NCBI RefSeq assembly: GCF_048593235.1
Contig: NC_133618.1
Location: forward strand, 149,509,162-149,573,161
Reading direction: 5' to 3'
DNA length: 64,000 nucleotides
Source: Sminthopsis crassicaudata
Taxonomy: Eukaryota
Below are positions 62,451 through 64,000 of the stretch, piece by piece (the stretch's first letter is position 1; the number at the start of each line of letters is the position of its first letter). The notes beneath the pieces are model-generated. The model was not told the origin of the DNA. It was given only the letters and a program-made list of their open reading frames with translations, and made no database searches. Position numbers and translations under genes: made by a program.

Positions 62451-62839
62451 AATTTAGTTCTTCCCTTAGGAAGGAGAGATTAGGCTGATGTAAATTTGAG
62501 GAAGGCTGACCACAAGTTTACATGGCCACAGAGACCCTTTGCTAGGCCATTGCTTGGTTATGAAACACACAGCACCTAAAAGACATGGCCAGTGAAAGGT
62601 GATGCTGGTTCAGTGAGCAAATGCATGCTATCTGCCTTGCTACACAGTAGCTTATGTCTGATACTTTCAGAAAATAATTTTTAATATCTTTTGTTTTTGT
62701 TACCTATATTTCTAGATGTCTTTCTCTTTTCCTCCTTTCAGAGAGTTCCTTATCAAAAAATAAAGAGGAGGAAAAAACATAATCCAGAAAAAAATAATAC
62801 TGGGAAAAGTTTGGCATTACATGTGGCTTTCCATGCCCA

Positions 62840-62843
62840 ATTT

Positions 62844-62914
<71 letters not shown>

Positions 62915-63554
62915 TTTTTTATTAATTTCATAATTATAACATTTTTTGACAGTACATATGCATAGGTAATTTTTAAAACAACATTATCCCTTGTACTCCC
63001 TTCTGTTCCAAATTTCCCCCCCTCCTTCCCTCCACCCCCTCCCCTAGATGGCAGGAATTCCCGTACATATTAAATATCTTATAGTATATGCTTGGTACAA
63101 TATACATGTGTAGAACCGAATTTTGTTGTTGTTGTTGTTGTTGTTGCAAAGGAAGAATTGTATTCGGAAGGTAAAAATAATCTGGGAAGAAAAAAAATGC
63201 TCACAGTTTACTCATTTCCCATTTTTTGGGTGTAGCTGATTCTGTCCATCATTGATCAATTGGAATTGGATTAGCTCTTCTCTATGTTGAAGATATCCAC
63301 TTCCATCAGAATACATCCTCATACAGTGTTGTTGTTGAAGTGTATAATGATCGCCTAGTTCTGCTCATTTCACTCAGCATCAGTTGATGTAAGTCTCTCC
63401 AAGCCTCTCTGTATTCCTCCTGCTGGTCATTTCTTACAGAACAATAATATTCCATAACATTCATATACCATAATTTACCCAACCATTCTCCAATTGATGG
63501 GCATCCATTCATTTTCCAGTTTCTAACCACTACAAAAAGGGTTGCCACAAACAT
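62840..63554 (-). mobile_element. Young 5'-truncated dasyurid-type L1 (~715 bp) with (TAAA)n tail and TSD
   Basis: Open ORF2 C-terminus MFVATLFVVVRNWKMNGCPSIGEWLGKLWYMNVMEYYCSVRNDQQEEYREAWRDLHQLMLSEMSRTRRSLY. TSD TTTCCATGCCCA at 62828-62839 and 63555-63566. (TTTA)n at 62843-62915. Confidence 0.92.
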
Positions 63555-64000
63555 TTTCCATGCCCACTTTTTAAAAGAAGCAAGGAAGATTTGCTTTTTA
63601 AAGACATAAAGAAAAGCAAGATATTCTGTTAAGAAAATGGGGAAAAGAGCCAAAGAGGAAGGTTTTCTTCCCACAAAGTTATCCCACCTATTTTTTTTAC
63701 TTATCAGACCTATTTGTGTGTCCTATAGGGCTAATAAGGTGAATCAAGCTTATAAAAATATTCAGGGAGATCACCATTATTTGATTGCCATTCTATATAT
63801 GAGGGTGTTAAGACGGGTATATATCCAGAGTTGAATTTAATTGAATTGAATTTTCAAAATTATATTCTCTTGCATTTGGATTTGAGTTTGGGTATAGATT
63901 ATTATTGCCATTCTGTTCCTTTTAAAGAAGAGCCTGGATTATAAAAGGGTGCCATAGATAATGAAGTAATATCAATACTAAAGTAGTATAGATCTGAATT

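Overview
Vertebrate genomic DNA, almost certainly from a marsupial and probably a dasyuromorph such as the Tasmanian devil, a dunnart or an antechinus (inferred from WSINE1, Mar1 and L1 3'UTR sequences). The window covers the internal part of ACOXL (acyl-CoA oxidase-like) on the + strand. Six intact coding exons are present (8467-8553, 9171-9269, 19138-19252, 20447-20533, 23455-23527, 25636-25768). They total 594 nt or 198 codons, all with GT-AG boundaries and compatible phases. More than 38 kb of one intron follows, in which I could not find the next short exon. The rest is mostly retroposon and DNA-transposon debris: Mar1/MIR/WSINE1/MamSINE1 SINEs, L1, L2, L3/CR1, RTE, one solo LTR and hAT MITEs, plus microsatellites and two N gaps. 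Apart from those overlapping ACOXL exons or L1 ORF1/ORF2 remnants, the supplied ORFs look like chance ORFs. I cannot support a novel biological system. The best leads are a repeat-poor, unassigned stretch at about 48.5-51.9 kb, a recent 150-bp local templated copy, a 5'-inverted CR1/L3, two cases of insertion-site re-use, an internally deleted L1, and CTCF-like motifs. Repeat family names come from recalled consensus sequences, and their boundaries are approximate unless a TSD is quoted.
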